The notes under the pieces: model-generated
Seen by the model: the letters and a program-made list of their open reading frames with translations, nothing else
The model's database searches: none
What the model was told of the DNA's origin: nothing
DNA from: Amoebidium appalachense
Lineage: Eukaryota > Protista > Ichthyosporea
Direction: 5' to 3'
Assembly: GCA_963693365.1 (NCBI GenBank)
Contig: CAVNZM010000009.1
Coordinates: forward strand, 10,544,243-10,608,242
Length of the DNA: 64,000 bases
Shown: one piece after another, positions 59,913 through 64,000 of the stretch
Layout: each line of letters starts with the position of its first letter
Numbering within the stretch: the stretch's first letter is position 1
Made by a program: the position numbers and the translations under genes

Positions 59913-60916
59913 GACCCTCCCCTGGGCCCCACAAGTGATCGCGAAGCCTGAGTGACAAAAGCGTGCAGTTCTCTCTCGTCTTTATCCCTAAAACCACGGC
60001 ACCGTTGAACCCAATGAATCCACTGTTTATATGCTCACGTATACCGCCTGAGCCATCATTTAAAGGGCTTCGCCGAATGCTTCGCGGTCACGGCCCGATT
60101 TGGCCGGCGAATCTTAGACGTGTACCCGGGCGATCGCTGGATCCCTCATCATGATCAACTAGCTGATCAACAGTGCGGCGCGCGCGGTACTCAGGTGTCC
60201 TGCACGGTTTGTGTCCGAGAGTGATTGAATGTACAGCCTTACACGTGCTTTTGTAATGTGTGCATGTGTGCACGTGTGTTCACCACGCATCTCTACTAAC
60301 ACGTGTTCATATCCGGCATTGCCGGTTCTCCATGAATATGCCATGCAGCACACGTCGACGTCCATTTTATTTCTCCGTGATGCAATGCTTCGTTATGACA
60401 GTCATTCACTCCTACACAGACACAAAAAACTGGGTTGTGGGTGCCACGAATTCACTGTTCCCTCAAGGAGCTAGTGCTGGGCTCATTCATACAATTTCAG
60501 AAAATGCCTGCCCGTATCACACACCTTCAAACCAGTAAAATTCAACAAAACCAGTTGCTATTAGTAAGGAACCATCAATCGGAGAGAGAAGCACCCATAT
60601 ACATTTCTAGGCAATACATAAGTGAAAGATTTTCAGAGATTGGTTGGAAACCTGCAGCTTGCACATTGTAGAACTATTCAGTGGTAAAGAGTAGAGAAAT
60701 AGGCAGAGTTAAGAGAAAACACAATAAATTCACATGCCCACCCAAACGTTATGATGAAACCCTCAGTTAGTAAATGCACATGAAAGTACACACATCGATG
60801 GCCACCCACACCGCCGCAATACAATAGCATGAAGCCAAAACCAAATGTTCTCCCTGTGCCAGCCCATGTGTCTGTGTTAAACTTTCCGAAACAATCCAGT
60901 ATGGTCGAGTCATTCT

Positions 60917-63954
<3,038 letters not shown>

Positions 63955-63961
63955 CTGTGTG

Positions 63962-64000
<39 letters not shown>

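Overview
Intron-dense eukaryotic DNA, probably a unicellular opisthokont (inference), with introns full of (GT)n/(CA)n, alternating purine-pyrimidine tracts and poly-G/poly-C runs; most ORFs in the supplied track are repeat artefacts. Genes reconstructed by hand from GT-AG exons: 3' end of a VASt/GRAMD1-like protein (+, 817-3141); a vigilin/HDLBP gene (+, 29 exons, ~1220 codons, 7954-25563, start exon not fixed) with a duplicated terminal exon at 30511; a THAP-domain ORF (28132-28968); an F-box/LRR pseudogene; the 3' part of an MDR quinone-oxidoreductase-like gene (-); a bacterial-type GH18 chitinase carrying spliceosomal introns and three lesions (-); an arrestin-fold gene (-) whose first exon has an inverted copy in intron 1; and the 3' end of Ku80 (-). 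Mobile DNA: a non-LTR RT remnant, three MITEs (Harbinger-, Tc1/mariner- and hAT-like), and, most notably, a young ~270-340 bp structured retroposon-like family (4 near-identical copies plus 1 diverged relative) that always ends in CGCATTCAA(A) followed by a poly-C tract. Family assignments come from recalled motif similarity; no database searches were run.
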